A DNA stretch of 50,872 bases from Acidimicrobiia bacterium (lineage in GTDB: Bacteria; Actinomycetota; Acidimicrobiia; IMCC26256; PALSA-610): assembly GCA_036277635.1 (NCBI GenBank), contig DASUMP010000043.1, positions 1 to 50,872 on the forward strand. The letters are read 5' to 3'. The first letter of the stretch is position 1. Each line of letters opens with the position of its first letter. This document shows positions 20,009 through 29,179 of the stretch, one piece after another. A model generated the notes under the pieces. It made no database searches. It saw only the letters and a list, made by a program, of their open reading frames with translations, and was not told the origin of the DNA. The position numbers were made by a program, and so were the translations under genes.

Positions 20009-20941
20009 TCACCTCGAAGCGGCGGCGGTGCGTCGCTGTGCGATGTCCGACCAAGCCTCCCACGCATTCCGGTGGTGGGGCGCCCAGCCCGTGCGCTCGC
20101 GGAACCGTCGGTTCGAGACGCGCTGCGACCGACCGAGGACGGCCCCCGCGGGTCCGGTCGCGAGGCGCACCATCGGGCCGGGGAGGAACCGCGGCCGGCG
20201 CAACCCGAACGCTCGCGCGAACGCGTCCGCGTAGTCGCGCCGGGTGAGCGGTTCGTCGTCGACGACGTTGTACGTGCCGGCCGGCGCGGCCAGGGCCGAC
20301 GCGACCGCGCTCCCCGCGTCGTCGGTATGGATCGACGAGAGGTACGCGTCGGGGCGGCCGACGACCGGCGCGACGCCGCGTCGAGCCATACCGAGCAGCT
20401 CGTCGGTCGAACGGGCGGTCGGACCCGCGAACATCCCGAACCGCAGGGCGACGCCCACCCCTCCGCGCGCGGAGAAGCGCGCGATCTCGTCTTCGAGATC
20501 GGCGACCGACGCGAGCCACGGACGCGCGTCGAACGGCGAGTCTTCGTCGATCCAGTCGTCGCCCGCGGCGCGGTACGGGAAGGTGATCGACTCGGCGACG
20601 AACGTCGACGCCCCGGCGGCGAGGGCGGCGTCGACGAGGATTCGGGTGCCTTCGGAACGCAGTCGATCGTTGACGTCCCACGCGTGCCGTTGCTTCGCCT
20701 TGCTCATCGGCGGGATGCTCGTGGCGAGGTGGAGCACCGCGTCGGTGCCGCGCACTGCGTCGCTGACCGCGGTCGCGTCGAACAGGTCGACGCGCACGGG
20801 CTCGACGCCCGCGCGCGCCAGCTCGGCCGCCTTCTCGTCGCTGCGCGCGACGCCGCGCACGGTGTGGCCCGCCGCGAGGAGGTGCGGGATCGCGCCCCGC
20901 CCGAGCTCGCCGGTCGCGCCGGTGACGAAGATCGTGCTCAT
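20009..20941 (-). CDS. NAD(P)-binding epimerase/dehydratase-type (atypical SDR) protein
   Basis: MSTIFVTGATGELGRGAIPHLLAAGHTVRGVARS is a Rossmann GxxGxxG. 310 aa. ATG 20941 overlaps the Rrf2 stop (ATGA). Confidence 0.8.
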   Translation of the reverse strand: MSTIFVTGATGELGRGAIPHLLAAGHTVRGVARSDEKAAELARAGVEPVRVDLFDATAVSDAVRGTDAVLHLATSIPPMSKAKQRHAWDVNDRLRSEGTRILVDAALAAGASTFVAESITFPYRAAGDDWIDEDSPFDARPWLASVADLEDEIARFSARGGVGVALRFGMFAGPTARSTDELLGMARRGVAPVVGRPDAYLSSIHTDDAGSAVASALAAPAGTYNVVDDEPLTRRDYADAFARAFGLRRPRFLPGPMVRLATGPAGAVLGRSQRVSNRRFRERTGWAPHHRNAWEAWSDIAQRRTAAASR

Positions 20942-21435
20942 CGTGATCCTCCGAGGATCTCGGCCGCCCACGAGGCTCCTTGCTCCAACGCCTTGGGACT
21001 CGCGTCGCGCACGACGCCGAGCACGAGGTCGGCGACGGTCGTGGCGCGCAGCTCGGCGCGCCACGCCTCGTCGGCGCGCACCATCGCGACGTGCACGCCG
21101 CACATCGTGCGGTACTCGGCCGCCGGCACCGCGGCCGGACCGCGGCGGCGGATCTCGGTGCAGCGGAACGCGGGCTCGCGGCCCTCGATCGCCTCGACGC
21201 AGTCGAGCACGGTGATCTCCTCGGCGGGTCGCGCGAGCCGGTAGCCGCCACCCCGACCGCGCACGGTCTCGAGCACGCCGGCGCGCGCCAGCGCCTGCAG
21301 CTGCTTCGCGAGATAGGCGGTCGGCAGGTCGTGGTACTCCGCGAGCTGGGCGGCAGTGAGGGCACCGCCGGGCGGGAAGAAGGCGAGCACCACCACGCTG
21401 TGGACGGCCCACTCGACGCCTTCGGAGAGTCGCAT
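20938..21435 (-). CDS. Rrf2-family transcriptional regulator
   Basis: MRLSEGVEWAVHSVVVLA...LTAAQLAEYHDLPTAYLAKQLQALARAGVLETVRGRGGGYRLARPAEEITVLDCVEAIEG is a typical Rrf2 winged helix. Cys residues at ...FRCTEI...MCGVH. Confidence 0.9.
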   Translation of the reverse strand: MRLSEGVEWAVHSVVVLAFFPPGGALTAAQLAEYHDLPTAYLAKQLQALARAGVLETVRGRGGGYRLARPAEEITVLDCVEAIEGREPAFRCTEIRRRGPAAVPAAEYRTMCGVHVAMVRADEAWRAELRATTVADLVLGVVRDASPKALEQGASWAAEILGGSR

Positions 21436-21459
21436 ATCCGGAGACTATATATCCGGATA
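21434..21459. promoter_or_regulatory. Duplicated palindromic box ATATCCGGA (x2, 15-nt spacing) / inverted repeat TATCCGG-N11-CCGGATA in the Rrf2 divergent promoter
   Basis: Read directly: c ATATCCGGA gactat ATATCCGGA taa. This is the most AT-rich stretch of the window. It abuts and slightly overlaps the Rrf2 start codon (21433-21435). Confidence 0.55.
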
Positions 21460-21463
21460 AGAG

Positions 21464-21485
21464 TTGTCCACTTCTCGAGGGACAA
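21464..21485 (+). promoter_or_regulatory. Hairpin TTGTCC-N10-GGACAA that sequesters the GAGGGA Shine-Dalgarno of the 21489 ORF
   Basis: TTGTCC (21464-21469) and GGACAA (21480-21485). The loop contains CTCGAG. The ATG follows at 21489. Confidence 0.4.
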
Positions 21486-21488
21486 CCA

Positions 21489-22016
21489 ATGCGGTTGCCG
21501 AGACGGGGTCCCGTCCTCCACCATCGGTCGGTGCCCGTCGACCAGGTCCGCCTCCTCCCCGATCCCGAGCAGCGCGGCGTGCTCGCCGCGACGCTCGAGC
21601 GCGTGAACCGCGCCAGCAACTCGGCGCGCGCCGCCGCCCTCCAGCGCAACGTCTTCAGCGGTCCGCCGCTGCGCGACCTGGTGCGCGACGAGGTCGAGCG
21701 GGCGAAGCTCCCCGCCACGCTGACCCGACCCGTCACCGAGCGCGTCGAGGCCGCGCTGCGCCGGCGCGCCGGCAAGCAGGCGAAGTTCTCCACCTACCAG
21801 TCGCTGACCCTGCCGCCCTCGGCGCACAAGTGGCCGGGCAGCGACCGGGTCACGCTCACGACCGCGGCCGGACGCCGGACGATCGCGGTGCGTGTCGATC
21901 CGTCGCGCGGCGACCTGCGTCCCCCGCTCGACGGCCGACCGGTCCACCTCGTGTTCCGCAACGACGAGTTCGAGCTCGTCGCCGCCGACGTCGAGCCCGA
22001 CGACGACGAGGACTGA
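21489..22016 (+). CDS. TnpB (IS605 OrfB/IS1341-type) N-terminal-like protein lacking the RuvC and zinc-finger domains (relic or domesticated fragment)
   Basis: 175 aa. VDQVRLLPDPEQRGVLAATLERVNRASNSARAAAL resembles the TnpB start (xxRLxPxxxQxxxLxxxxxxxRxxxN). KFSTYQSLTLPP....DRVTLTTAAGRRTIAVRV and LVFRNDEFELVAADVE resemble the WED strands that run into the first RuvC motif (..GVDxG). The ORF stops there. Confidence 0.45.
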   Translation: MRLPRRGPVLHHRSVPVDQVRLLPDPEQRGVLAATLERVNRASNSARAAALQRNVFSGPPLRDLVRDEVERAKLPATLTRPVTERVEAALRRRAGKQAKFSTYQSLTLPPSAHKWPGSDRVTLTTAAGRRTIAVRVDPSRGDLRPPLDGRPVHLVFRNDEFELVAADVEPDDDED

Positions 22017-22122
22017 TCGGACCGCCACTGGCGCGGGCGGTCGACGAACGGTCCGAGGGCCCTCGACGCTGCGCCGACCGGCGACGTACGGTCGGACGAC
22101 TCGGGGATCCGGGGGAGGCCAC

Positions 22123-23517
22123 GTGGCAGACCAAGAGCGGTTCACCGACCGGATGAGCGACCAGGACGCGCTCATGTGGAACATCGAGAAGGACCCGGTC
22201 CTGCGCTCGACCATCCTCGCGGTCGCGTTCCTCGACCAGGCCCCCGACTGGGCTCGCCTCGTCGACCGCTTCGATCGCGCGACCTTGCTCATCCCCCGCC
22301 TGCGCCAGCGGGTCGTCTCGCCGCCGTTCCGTCTCGCGCCGCCGAGCTGGTCGGTCGAGCGCGACTTCGACCTCGCGTTCCACATGCGCCGGTTCCGCGT
22401 GCCGCCGCCGGGCGATCGGCGAACCGTGCTCGACATGTTGCAGCCGATGGCCGCGGCGAGCTTCGATCGTGCCCGGCCCCTGTGGGAGTGCACCCTCCTC
22501 GAGGGACTCGCCGACGACGGCGCCGCGATCGTGCTGAAGGTGCACCACTCGGTCACCGACGGTGTCGGCGGCATGGAACTGCTGTTGCACCTCATCGACC
22601 TCGAGCGCGACGCGACCGACCCGGACGACCGGCCCGCGGTCCCCGCCGCCGACGACACGGGCGCGCTGTCGCTCGTGCGCGACAGCGTCGGCCACACCGG
22701 CCGGCGCGTGCTCGGCATCGCGCGCCGAACGCCCGCCACCGTCGCGCGCGGCGCGCTCGACGCGGCGCGCGACCCGCTCGCCGCCGCGGTCGGCAGCTAC
22801 ATCACGGGTCGCTCGATCGCGCGCACGCTCGCGCCCGCGATGCGTCCGATGTCACCCGTGATGCTCGAGCGCGGCCTCTCGCGCCGCCTCGATTCGCTCG
22901 ACATCCCGATCGACGACCTCAAGCGCGCCGCGAAAGCCGTGAACGGCAGCCTCAACGACGCGTTCGTCGCGTCGGTGATCGGTGGGCTCGCGCGGTACCA
23001 CGCCCGTCACGGCACCCAGCCCGAACAGCTGCGCATGACGATGCCCATCAACATCCGCACCGAGTCGGACGCGCCGGCCGGCAACCAGTTCACCCCGGCA
23101 CGATTCCCGGTCCCGGCGACGATCGCAGACCCGAAGGAGCGCATGCTCGCGGTCGGTGAGATCGTGCGCGGGTGGCGCGCGGAGCCTGCGCTCGCGCTCA
23201 CCGGAACGCTCGCCGGAGTGCTGAACCGTCTCCCGACGGTCGCGGTGACCGCGCTGTTCGGCTCCATGCTCAAGTGCTGCGACTTCCTCACGACCAACGT
23301 CCCCGGCGCGCCGGTCCCCGTGTACATCGGTGGCGCCAGGGTCGAGCGGTTCTACGCCTTCGCCCCGCCATCCGGCGCGGCCGTGAACGTCGCGCTCATC
23401 TCGCACTGCGACACGTGCTGCATCGGCGTCGTCACCGACACCGCCGCCGTCCCCGACGCCGACGTGCTCATGGAGTGCCTCCGCGAAGGCTTCGCCGAGG
23501 TCATCGCCGTCGGCTGA
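22123..23517 (+). CDS. Wax ester synthase / diacylglycerol acyltransferase (WS/DGAT) family protein
   Basis: Active-site motif HHSVTDGVGG (HHxxxDG), and SLNDAFVASVIGGLARYH. Start placed at GTG 22123 (GGGGGAGG upstream); ATG 22153 is an alternative. The upstream part of track ORF 21892..23517 was rejected. Confidence 0.85.
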   Translation: MADQERFTDRMSDQDALMWNIEKDPVLRSTILAVAFLDQAPDWARLVDRFDRATLLIPRLRQRVVSPPFRLAPPSWSVERDFDLAFHMRRFRVPPPGDRRTVLDMLQPMAAASFDRARPLWECTLLEGLADDGAAIVLKVHHSVTDGVGGMELLLHLIDLERDATDPDDRPAVPAADDTGALSLVRDSVGHTGRRVLGIARRTPATVARGALDAARDPLAAAVGSYITGRSIARTLAPAMRPMSPVMLERGLSRRLDSLDIPIDDLKRAAKAVNGSLNDAFVASVIGGLARYHARHGTQPEQLRMTMPINIRTESDAPAGNQFTPARFPVPATIADPKERMLAVGEIVRGWRAEPALALTGTLAGVLNRLPTVAVTALFGSMLKCCDFLTTNVPGAPVPVYIGGARVERFYAFAPPSGAAVNVALISHCDTCCIGVVTDTAAVPDADVLMECLREGFAEVIAVG

Positions 23518-23520
23518 CCG

Positions 23521-25225
<1,705 letters not shown>

Positions 25226-25259
25226 CGCCGCGCGGTCGGCGCGTCGAGACTGGCCGACG

Positions 25260-26723
25260 ATGACCACCGACACCGACCGGGAGCGCACGGCGGCCGTCAC
25301 GATCCCGGATGGGCTGGTCGCGGTGGTCAAGCGCGACTGCCCCACGTGCACGACGGTTGCTCCCGTGCTCGCGCAGCTCGCCAGCGCGGGTGCGCTCACC
25401 GTGTTCACCCAGGACGACCCCACGTTCCCCGAGGGCACGAACCCGGTCGACGACCGCAACCTCGCGGTGTCGTTCGCGCTCGACATCGACACCGTCCCCA
25501 CGCTCGTGCGCATCGAGGGCGGCGCGGAGACCGCCCGCACCGTCGGCTGGCTGCGCAGCGCGTGGGAAGAGATCACAGGCGTCGCCGGTCTCGGTCCCGA
25601 CCTGCCCGAGTACCGGCCGGGCTGCGGGTCGCTCACCCAGGACCCCGTCGTCGTCGACCGGCTCCTGGTCGAGCGCACGGTGCCGTTGCTCCGGGCGCGT
25701 CGGGTCGCGCTCGGCGCCGACGAAGACGTGCACGAGGCGATGGACGCACGCGGCTGGACCGACGGCCTCCCCGTCGTGCCGCCCACACCCGAGCGAGTCG
25801 CGCGCATGCTCGCGGGAACGACGCGCGCTCCCGACGACATCGTGGCGGTCGTGCCGCCCGATCTCGTCGAGTGCACGGTCGAGAAGGTCGCGATCAACGC
25901 AGTGATGGCCGGCTGCCGCCCGGAGTACCTGCCGGTGGTGCTCGCGGCGATCGAAGCGGCGTGCACCGACGAGTTCAACATGCACGGCTTGCTCGCGACC
26001 ACGTGGTTCGCGGGTCCAGTGGTGATCGTGAACGGCCCCGTCACGCGCGCGATCGGCATGAACTCCGGGCTGAATGCGCTCGGTCAGGGGAATCGCGCCA
26101 ACGCGAGCATCGGGCGCGCGCTCCAGCTCACGGTGCGCAACGTCGGCGGCGGCCGTCCCGGCGAAGTCGACCGCGCCACGCTCGGCAACCCGGGCAAGTA
26201 CACGTTCTGCTTCGCCGAACGTGAGCACGACTCGCCGTGGGAGCCGTTGCACGTGGCGCGCGGCTTCGCGCCCGACCGGTCGACCGTGACCCTGTTCGCG
26301 GGCGAAGGCGTGCGCGGCGTGGTCGACCAGCTCTCGCGCGAGCCCGAATCGCTCACGCGCTCGTTCGCCGCGTGCCTCGCCACAGTCGCGCACCCGAAGC
26401 TGCCGATCGTCTGGGACGCGTTCTTGGTGGTGTCGCCCGAGCACGCCCGCGTGTTCCGCGACGCCGGGTGGTCGCGTCAACGCCTGACCGACGAGATCAA
26501 CGCCATCCTGCAGCTCGACGGCGAGCAGTTCGTCCAGGGCGCGGGCGGCATCGCCGAAGGGATGCCCGAGGCGTTCCGCGCCACGACCCTGCCGAAGTTC
26601 CGCACCGGCGGCCTGCAGATCGTCCACGCCGGCGGCACCGCGGGTCTGTTCTCGGGCATCATCGGCGGGTGGGCCAGCGGTTCGGTCGGCAGCGAGATCG
26701 TGACCCGAGAGGTGACCAGATGA
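25260..26723 (+). CDS. Thioredoxin-fold (CPTC) domain fused to a ~370-aa domain of unknown function
   Basis: 487 aa. N-terminus: LVAVVKRDCPTCTTVAPVLAQL...DIDTVPTLVRIEGG (thioredoxin-like). Remainder (GWTDGLPVVPPTPERV, NAVMAGCRPEYLPVVLAAIEA, GQGNRANASIGRALQL) is not recognised by me. The stop overlaps the next ATG (ATGA). Confidence 0.7.
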   Translation: MTTDTDRERTAAVTIPDGLVAVVKRDCPTCTTVAPVLAQLASAGALTVFTQDDPTFPEGTNPVDDRNLAVSFALDIDTVPTLVRIEGGAETARTVGWLRSAWEEITGVAGLGPDLPEYRPGCGSLTQDPVVVDRLLVERTVPLLRARRVALGADEDVHEAMDARGWTDGLPVVPPTPERVARMLAGTTRAPDDIVAVVPPDLVECTVEKVAINAVMAGCRPEYLPVVLAAIEAACTDEFNMHGLLATTWFAGPVVIVNGPVTRAIGMNSGLNALGQGNRANASIGRALQLTVRNVGGGRPGEVDRATLGNPGKYTFCFAEREHDSPWEPLHVARGFAPDRSTVTLFAGEGVRGVVDQLSREPESLTRSFAACLATVAHPKLPIVWDAFLVVSPEHARVFRDAGWSRQRLTDEINAILQLDGEQFVQGAGGIAEGMPEAFRATTLPKFRTGGLQIVHAGGTAGLFSGIIGGWASGSVGSEIVTREVTR

Positions 26724-27229
26724 GCGAACTCCTCGACCCCACGTCGGAGCGGTCGGCGGCACTGCGCGAGCGGGCGCCTCGACCCGAGTCGCTCGCCGGT
26801 GTGCGCGTCGGGCTGCTCGACATCTCGAAGCCGCGCGGGGCGGTGTTCCTCGACCAGCTGCAGTCGCTGCTCGAAGCGCGCGGCATGACGGTCGAGCGGT
26901 TCTCGAAGCCGACGTTCACGAAGCCCGCGCCGCTCGACCTGCGCCACGAGATCGCGACGAAGTGCGATGTCGTGATCGAAGCCCTCGCCGATTGAGGGTC
27001 GTGCACGTCGTGCAGTGTGCACGACTCCGTGAACCTCGAAGCCGCCGGCATCCCCACCGTGTTCGTCGCGTCGAGCGAGTTCGTCGACGCGGCCGACGCG
27101 CAGTCGCGCTCGCTCGGCGCCGACCCGGCGCGGGTGTTCGTCGCGCACCCGATCCAGGACCGCACCGACGCCGAGCTGGTGGCGCTCGCCGACGCGGCGC
27201 TCGACGAGCTCCTCGCGGCGCTGCGCTGA
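26720..27229 (+). CDS. UGSC-motif selenoprotein (in-frame TGA at 26993-26995 read as selenocysteine); 169 codons
   Basis: Track ORFs 26237..26995 and 27017..27229 are in the same frame. Read-through gives MSELLDPTSE...CDVVIEALAD-U-GSCTSCSVHDSVNLEAAGIPTVFVASSEF.... A SECIS-like hairpin starts 3 nt after the TGA. The gene is tightly coupled to both neighbours. Confidence 0.75.
26998..27025 (+). promoter_or_regulatory. SECIS-like stem-loop immediately downstream of the in-frame UGA
   Basis: GTCGTGCAC (26998-27006) pairs perfectly with GTGCACGAC (27017-27025). The 10-nt loop is GUCGUGCAGU. The stem is extendable by G:U and G:C (26996-27027). Confidence 0.65.
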
Positions 27230-27232
27230 CCT

Positions 27233-27937
27233 GTGCTGTACCTCCACGAGGTCCACACCGTCGCCGGGCGGTCGGAGGACGCGTTCGCGGCCGTCTTCCG
27301 CGATCGGTGGCTGCCGGAGCTCGCGCGCGATGTCGACACGCGACTCCTGTACTTCCTGCGTCAGACGTTCGCGACCGGACGCGCCTACCACGTCGTCACG
27401 ATCACCGCGGTGCGCGACGGCGCCGCGTACGAGCGACTCGCTCGACGGGTGCAGCGGGGCGACCTGCGAGCCCTCGCCGCCGACACCGACCGTCTGCGGC
27501 ACGAGGTCGCGGGCAAGCTGCTCCTCCCCGTCGAGTGGTCACCGTGCGTGGAGCACGATCTCGCGTCGGTCCCGACCGACGCCGCCGAGCACGACGCGAC
27601 GTTGTTCCTCGAGGACAGCGCGTGGCCGCACGAAGACAAGCTCGACGACTACGTCGACGCCGCGCGCACGCACTACGCGCCGAGTCTGGAACAGCGCGAC
27701 GAGCGCTCGCTGCTCACGCTCGAGGCCGTGTGGCAGGCCGCACTCGGCGCACCGCGCCGTCGCGAGGTGGTGCTGTGGCAGCGCGTGGATCATCCCGAAC
27801 GGCTGCCGGCGCTGTTCGCGCGCGACCTGCCCGAGGAAGTGCGGGCGCCGGGCACGTGGATGCACGACGCGCTGGCCGTGCGCGACGACTGGGAGAGCAA
27901 GCTGTTGCGCACGGCGACCTGGTCGCCGCTGCACTAG
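27233..27937 (+). CDS. NIPSNAP-like / dimeric alpha-beta-barrel two-repeat protein
   Basis: 234 aa. MLYLHEVHTVAGRSEDAFAAVFRDRWLPELA...YHVVTITAVRDGAAYERL, with a second similar half. GTG start 4 nt after the selenoprotein stop. The family call is from general resemblance only. Confidence 0.5.
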   Translation: MLYLHEVHTVAGRSEDAFAAVFRDRWLPELARDVDTRLLYFLRQTFATGRAYHVVTITAVRDGAAYERLARRVQRGDLRALAADTDRLRHEVAGKLLLPVEWSPCVEHDLASVPTDAAEHDATLFLEDSAWPHEDKLDDYVDAARTHYAPSLEQRDERSLLTLEAVWQAALGAPRRREVVLWQRVDHPERLPALFARDLPEEVRAPGTWMHDALAVRDDWESKLLRTATWSPLH

Positions 27938-27959
27938 CGCCGAGGCAACGCCGCCGGCG

Positions 27960-29108
27960 TCAGTCCCAGGCGGTGCCGCCGATCTTGCCGCCGAGCTCGG
28001 GGCACTCGCCGGCGAACACGCCCCACGAGCACTCGAAGCCGGGCACGACCCACGCGTGCACCATCCAGATGTCTTCGAGCGGGTTCTTCTCGCCGCCGAG
28101 CGCCTTGCACTCCTCTTCGGTGGTGTTCTCGCCGCCGACGACGAGGCCACCCTGCAAGCACAGACCGCCGTTCGCGTTGTGCTGGTGCCACCGGTCGTTC
28201 GGACCCGCGAAGCCCTCGGGCGCGCCACCCGGGTGGTACACGAGGTAGCTGAGACCGACGATCTTGGAGTCGGGATCGGTGCCGTCGTAGAGCAGCTCGG
28301 ACGGCGCCGCCGGATCGAAGACCGGGACGCGCGAGATGTTCGTGTAGTGCGCGCCGATGCACGGCACGTAGACGGTCGACTTGTGGTAGCCGCCGGCCTC
28401 GGCGTCGGCCACGGTGGGGAACTCTTCGATCACTTCGCGAGCCGCCGCCATCTCGTCCATGAGCTGGAGGCGTTCGGCAGTCGTCAGGTTCTCTTGCACG
28501 ACCATGCCGCGGATCTCGCCGTGGCCGTCGCCCGTCTGACCCGGTGACGCGGGGTCGCCCGACTGCTCGCACGGGGAGTCACCCGTGGCGGTCGCGGCGA
28601 TGATGTCGCCGTGGTCGCCGCCGTCGATCAACCCGGTCTCCGGATCGACGCCACCGTGCTCGGCGTGGTCGTCGGCCATGCCGTCGTCGCCGCCGGCCCC
28701 GTCGTCACCGTGCGCGTGGCCGTGACCGTCGTCGGCGCCCGCCGCGACGTCGCCGCTCGTCCCCGAACCTTCCGCCAGTCCGGTGTCACTCAACACCGCG
28801 GCGCTCGCGGCGATGAGCGCGACGGCCGCGAGCGGCGCGCCGACCTGGAGCAGGCGACGAGCGGGCGTCGCGCCATCGGCGCTCGTCGCGTAGAGGGACG
28901 CGCCGAAGAACATGAGGAGCACACCGAGGATCGCGACGACGATCCCACCGAAGAACACCGCGTGCGCGAGCGAGTTCAGCTCGAGCACACCCTCGGTCGC
29001 CGCGAGATCCGCGTCGTCGGCGTGTCGGAGCGCGTCGGCGAGCATGCCCACGACCATCGCCACCGCGCCGACGCCGACCATCGACGTGCCGACCTTGCGA
29101 ACGTCCAT
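27960..29108 (-). CDS. Membrane-anchored extracytoplasmic protein with a His/Asp-rich linker and a conserved His/Trp/Cys-rich C-terminal domain (paralog of 34912..35772)
   Basis: 382 aa from ATG 29108 (AGGGGGG upstream). Three N-terminal hydrophobic segments. Linker DDGHGHAHGDDGAGGDDGMADDHAEHGG. C-domain motifs IGAHYT, GPNDRWHQH, IWMVHAWVVPGFEC. Upstream part of track ORF 27960..30563 rejected. Confidence 0.7.
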   Translation of the reverse strand: MDVRKVGTSMVGVGAVAMVVGMLADALRHADDADLAATEGVLELNSLAHAVFFGGIVVAILGVLLMFFGASLYATSADGATPARRLLQVGAPLAAVALIAASAAVLSDTGLAEGSGTSGDVAAGADDGHGHAHGDDGAGGDDGMADDHAEHGGVDPETGLIDGGDHGDIIAATATGDSPCEQSGDPASPGQTGDGHGEIRGMVVQENLTTAERLQLMDEMAAAREVIEEFPTVADAEAGGYHKSTVYVPCIGAHYTNISRVPVFDPAAPSELLYDGTDPDSKIVGLSYLVYHPGGAPEGFAGPNDRWHQHNANGGLCLQGGLVVGGENTTEEECKALGGEKNPLEDIWMVHAWVVPGFECSWGVFAGECPELGGKIGGTAWD

Positions 29109-29179
29109 CGAGTCCCCCCTCGGAATCCGTTCCGACGCCGGGGCGCGCTCGCGCGACCGCCGACCGCCGTTGGATCCCG

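Noticed and set aside
19980-22739. 919-aa minus-strand ORF, plus similar very long ORFs: 872..2521(+), 16633..18093(+), 24620..26059(-), 25179..26762(-), 32126..34468(-), 37218..40517(+), 43914..44777 upstream part, 44790..46076(+), 46148..47881(-), 47547..49001(+).
   Set aside because: These are Arg/Pro/Ala/Gly-rich translations with no recognisable motifs. They lie antisense to or out of frame with genes that have clear family signatures. Such shadow ORFs are typical of a ~70% GC genome, where stop codons are rare.
26993-26995. Reading the TGA as a genuine stop or a pseudogene lesion that splits a gene into 91-aa and 70-aa pieces.
   Set aside because: The two pieces are in the same frame. 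The TGA falls at the first position of a UGSC..C redox motif. A perfect 9-bp hairpin follows 3 nt later. The second piece has no RBS or independent start context. Selenocysteine recoding explains all of this. It still needs the sel genes to be found elsewhere.
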